From assembly GCA_046538435.1 (NCBI GenBank), contig JBKHIX010000001.1, positions 184-64,183 on the forward strand: 64,000 nt of DNA. The letters run 5' to 3'. Position numbers and translations under genes: made by a program. This DNA is from Thermoplasmata archaeon (GTDB lineage: Archaea > Thermoplasmatota > Thermoplasmata > Halarchaeoplasmatales > Halarchaeoplasmataceae). Shown here piece by piece: positions 61,351 through 64,000 of the stretch. The notes below the pieces were generated by a model. It was given only the letters and a program-made list of their open reading frames with translations, made no database searches and had not been told where the DNA came from. Each line of letters opens with the position of its first letter. Within the stretch, counting starts at the first letter, position 1.

Positions 61351-62643
61351 CTAGTATTTATCTAAAAATGAAAATCTATCGTGAGCTGGCATTCCCTCAT
61401 TAAAGCAGTAGTGTATTTCACTGAAGTCTTTTCTAAATTCTTTTACATCTACTTTGACTTTTTCTAGATCCTCTTTATCCATCACTATTCTTTTGATGAA
61501 TTCTGCGACCTCATCCATCTCATTTTCTTTCATTCCTAGCCTTGTAAGTTCTTGGGCACCTAACCTTATACCACTAGGTTCCTGTGCACTGTCAACGTCA
61601 TCCCAAGGAAGCAGATTTTTATTTGCTATAATGTTAGCTTCTTCCATAGCCTCGACTAGAGTTTCTCCACCGCCTTCATCTAAAACATCTACAGCTATAG
61701 TATGTGATGCAGTAAATCCTTTATGCTCACACAAAACATCGAATCCTCTTTCGTACAATGCTTGTCCCAGGGCCTGTGCATTTTTGATTATCTGATCTGC
61801 GTAATCTTCTCCAAACTTCTGGTGTTCAGAAAGTGAAACTCCCAAAGCAGCCATCGTGTGGAGATGATGATTAGAGAGTACTCCTGGGAATACACCGTAC
61901 TTGAGCTTTTCCTGAGTCTCTTCATCTCTTGGATTGGCCAAAAGAATACCTCTCTGAGGGCCAGGAAGTGTCTTGTGTGTACTACCTGTCATTATTTCAG
62001 CACCTTCTTCTAAAGGTTGCTGGAATCTCCCTGCACCTATTAAACCTAAAACGTGTGCTCCATCATACCATACATGGCAACCTACTTCTTCAAACGTTTC
62101 TTTTAATTCGTCTAATGGTGGAGGAAATAAGAATACTGATTGACCAAACAGTGCAATATCAGGTTCTTCTTCAAGTAAAAGATCTTTTGTACCTTCTAAA
62201 TCTATATTCATCTCGTCTACATTGAAAGGATAAGTCTTCGGTTTCATCCCTCTGAATCCTACTGAACCAAAAACAGCACTACTTATATGGGCTCCGTCTG
62301 ATACATCTACAGATGTTATAGATTTATCTGGTCCTCCTAGTGCCATAAGAACTGCTTGATTTGCATTTGTTCCAGATATAGGCCTTACATCAGCGTAATC
62401 TGCACCAAATAAATCCTTGGCTAATTCCTGCACTTTTAATTCTATCTTATCAACATAAATATTACCCTGATAATATCTATTTCCCGGAGTCCCTTCGGCA
62501 TACCTGTCCTGTAAATCAGATAGTAGTAATTCTCTAGCCATAGGACTAATTATATTCTCCGATGCGATCATCGGTAGTGAATTCGAAAACCATTTATGGT
62601 GTTTCTTCACCTGCTCATATATATATTCTGCATCTTTCTTCAT
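61351..62643 (-). CDS. glyA: serine hydroxymethyltransferase
   Basis: PLP-lysine motif TGSTHKTLPGPQRG and the SHMT N-terminal pattern. Confidence 0.9.
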   Translation of the reverse strand: MKKDAEYIYEQVKKHHKWFSNSLPMIASENIISPMARELLLSDLQDRYAEGTPGNRYYQGNIYVDKIELKVQELAKDLFGADYADVRPISGTNANQAVLMALGGPDKSITSVDVSDGAHISSAVFGSVGFRGMKPKTYPFNVDEMNIDLEGTKDLLLEEEPDIALFGQSVFLFPPPLDELKETFEEVGCHVWYDGAHVLGLIGAGRFQQPLEEGAEIMTGSTHKTLPGPQRGILLANPRDEETQEKLKYGVFPGVLSNHHLHTMAALGVSLSEHQKFGEDYADQIIKNAQALGQALYERGFDVLCEHKGFTASHTIAVDVLDEGGGETLVEAMEEANIIANKNLLPWDDVDSAQEPSGIRLGAQELTRLGMKENEMDEVAEFIKRIVMDKEDLEKVKVDVKEFRKDFSEIHYCFNEGMPAHDRFSFLDKY

Positions 62644-62835
62644 ATAAACACCTTGAAATTCTTATAAAACACTCATTATTAAACCATTTTGTCTGCAAAA
62701 ACTACTATCCTCGATTTATCAAGACAATTTTTTTATAACCTTGAAACACTTATTTTATTATTGGAGGACAAAAGAACTAATAATAAGAGTCTTTGTTCTC
62801 CAAAATCTAACATAAAATCAGGATGGAGAAATAAG

Positions 62836-63990
62836 ATGGCACGAATAGATGATTTTAGAGTTAAGGACATTATGAGTAAGGAAGTATTCACAGCTGAAGC
62901 AGAAGAAACAGTTTCTGATGCAATAGGGTTGATGAAAAAACACAACATCTCAGAAATACCTATAGTAGAAGACGGAGAAATAATTGGCCTGATAAGCGAT
63001 GATAAATTTATTGAAAGGAGACATCTACCATTTTCAACAAAATTGAGACATGTGATGAGTAACCCCCCGAAGATTCAAGAAGAGGACACCATAGTAGAAT
63101 TATGTGAAATGCTACTCTCATCGGGATATAGAGGGCTGCCTGTCAGCAGCAATCATGGTGATCTTGTTGGCTTTGTATCTAGGACAGATATAGTTTCAAT
63201 AATCCCTGAAATAGATGAATTAAGTGATATAGACGTTAATGAGGTGATGACACCTTCACCAACTACAGTCAGTGAAAGGGAAGCCATCGGTAAAGCAAAA
63301 TCATTGATGAAAAAATTAGATGAGAGAGTTCTACCAGTGGTTGATAAGCATGGCCACCTTAGCGGCATTATAGGAGTTAAAAACATAGTAAATGGAGGGT
63401 CATGGCCTATTGAAAGAGAAGAAAAAGGTGAAAGAAGAGGTGAAAGAGATTCACCATATGATAATATGGAGATTCAGAGTCTGATGAATACACCCCCTGT
63501 AAAAATTTCCCTTAAAGACTCCGTTAAAAAAGCAGCCGGTAAAATGAAGGATTACAATATATCAACTCTTGTTGCTGCAGAGAATAGTAAAATCAAAGGA
63601 ATAATTACACAATATGATCTAGTAGAGTTGATCACTACTTTCAGAGAATCTGAACAGGTATATGTACAAATTACAGGGTTAGAGGCTTCTCCAGAGATGT
63701 ATAATCAAATGTATAATCTAGTCCAGAAATACCTAAGCAAGATAAATAAGGTTTTAAAGCCACTTGTTTTGAATATTCACGTGGTTACCCATAAAAAGGA
63801 AGGAAATGAAACAAAATACAGCATCAGGTTAAGACTTAATACAGATTACGGTATGTTTTACGCCAATAAATACGACTGGAACATAATGAAGGCACTGGAT
63901 GATTCTCTTGAAAGTGTAAGAAAGAAAGTGTTCCAAAAAAAGGATAAGTGGGTGACAAATAAAAAGCATCCAAAATATATCAGGGAATAA
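62836..63990 (+). CDS. CBS-domain protein (two CBS pairs) with a C-terminal uncharacterised domain
   Basis: Four CBS motifs (…EIPIVEDGEIIGLISDDK…, …GLPVSSNHGDLVGFVSRTD…, etc.); the real start is ATG 62836, preceded by GGAGAA. Confidence 0.7.
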   Translation: MARIDDFRVKDIMSKEVFTAEAEETVSDAIGLMKKHNISEIPIVEDGEIIGLISDDKFIERRHLPFSTKLRHVMSNPPKIQEEDTIVELCEMLLSSGYRGLPVSSNHGDLVGFVSRTDIVSIIPEIDELSDIDVNEVMTPSPTTVSEREAIGKAKSLMKKLDERVLPVVDKHGHLSGIIGVKNIVNGGSWPIEREEKGERRGERDSPYDNMEIQSLMNTPPVKISLKDSVKKAAGKMKDYNISTLVAAENSKIKGIITQYDLVELITTFRESEQVYVQITGLEASPEMYNQMYNLVQKYLSKINKVLKPLVLNIHVVTHKKEGNETKYSIRLRLNTDYGMFYANKYDWNIMKALDDSLESVRKKVFQKKDKWVTNKKHPKYIRE

Positions 63991-64000
63991 GTGTTTTATA

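Overview
This window is a low-GC chromosomal segment from an anaerobic archaeon. The archaeal assignment rests on fibrillarin, FEN1, the PolD large subunit, AglB/STT3, an isopentenyl-phosphate-kinase mevalonate operon, an archaeal-type TrpRS, KaiC-like ATPases, an intron-containing tRNA and a 23S rRNA flanked by a bulge-helix-bulge processing stem. Lineage cannot be fixed from sequence alone.

Content in order:
(1) A dense oxidative-stress island at 243-9392: 1-Cys peroxiredoxin, superoxide reductase, a Bcp-type peroxiredoxin, a rubredoxin missed by the ORF track, a rubrerythrin-like protein, flavin reductase, Lrp, SfsA, nitroreductase, Ogg, DUF255 thioredoxin-fold protein, GAF/fRMsr, AhpD-like protein and an ArsR-thioredoxin pair carrying a perfect 20-bp palindromic operator.
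(2) An ABC transporter, an intron-containing tRNA-Glu(UUC), an aminotransferase translationally coupled to fibrillarin, and the isoprenoid operon IPK-IDI2-GGPPS.
(3) A solitary IS200/605-type TnpB element with a degenerate zinc finger and structured ends.
(4) Glycan genes (epimerases, a flippase) and a thiolase / hydroxyacyl-CoA dehydrogenase / crotonase triad.
(5) A 2186-aa AglB oligosaccharyltransferase whose STT3 domain is followed by a polyQ linker encoded by a (CAA)n microsatellite, about 1300 aa of repeated beta-sandwich domains (carboxypeptidase-regulatory-like and CARDB-like) and a C-terminal membrane anchor. A CARDB surface protein is co-transcribed with it.
(6) TrpRS, then an unlinked 23S rRNA gene with a canonical BHB processing stem.
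(7) A replication cluster: two KaiC-like genes (one Walker-A-dead), FEN1 and PolD DP2.
(8) ValRS and a bacterial DnaA-type AAA+ domain protein that lacks the DnaA DNA-binding domain and carries a DUF835-like tail, embedded among uncharacterised zinc-ribbon and membrane proteins.
(9) A CaCA antiporter, TraB, a DUF368 polyprenyl-phosphate-translocase-like protein, a Roadblock/LC7 protein, GcvH, SHMT and a CBS protein.

No CRISPR array was seen. Coordinates of features I derived by eye may be off by 1-2 nt, because one check of my indexing against the ORF track (the ABC ATPase start, 9472 vs 9473) disagreed by 1 nt.
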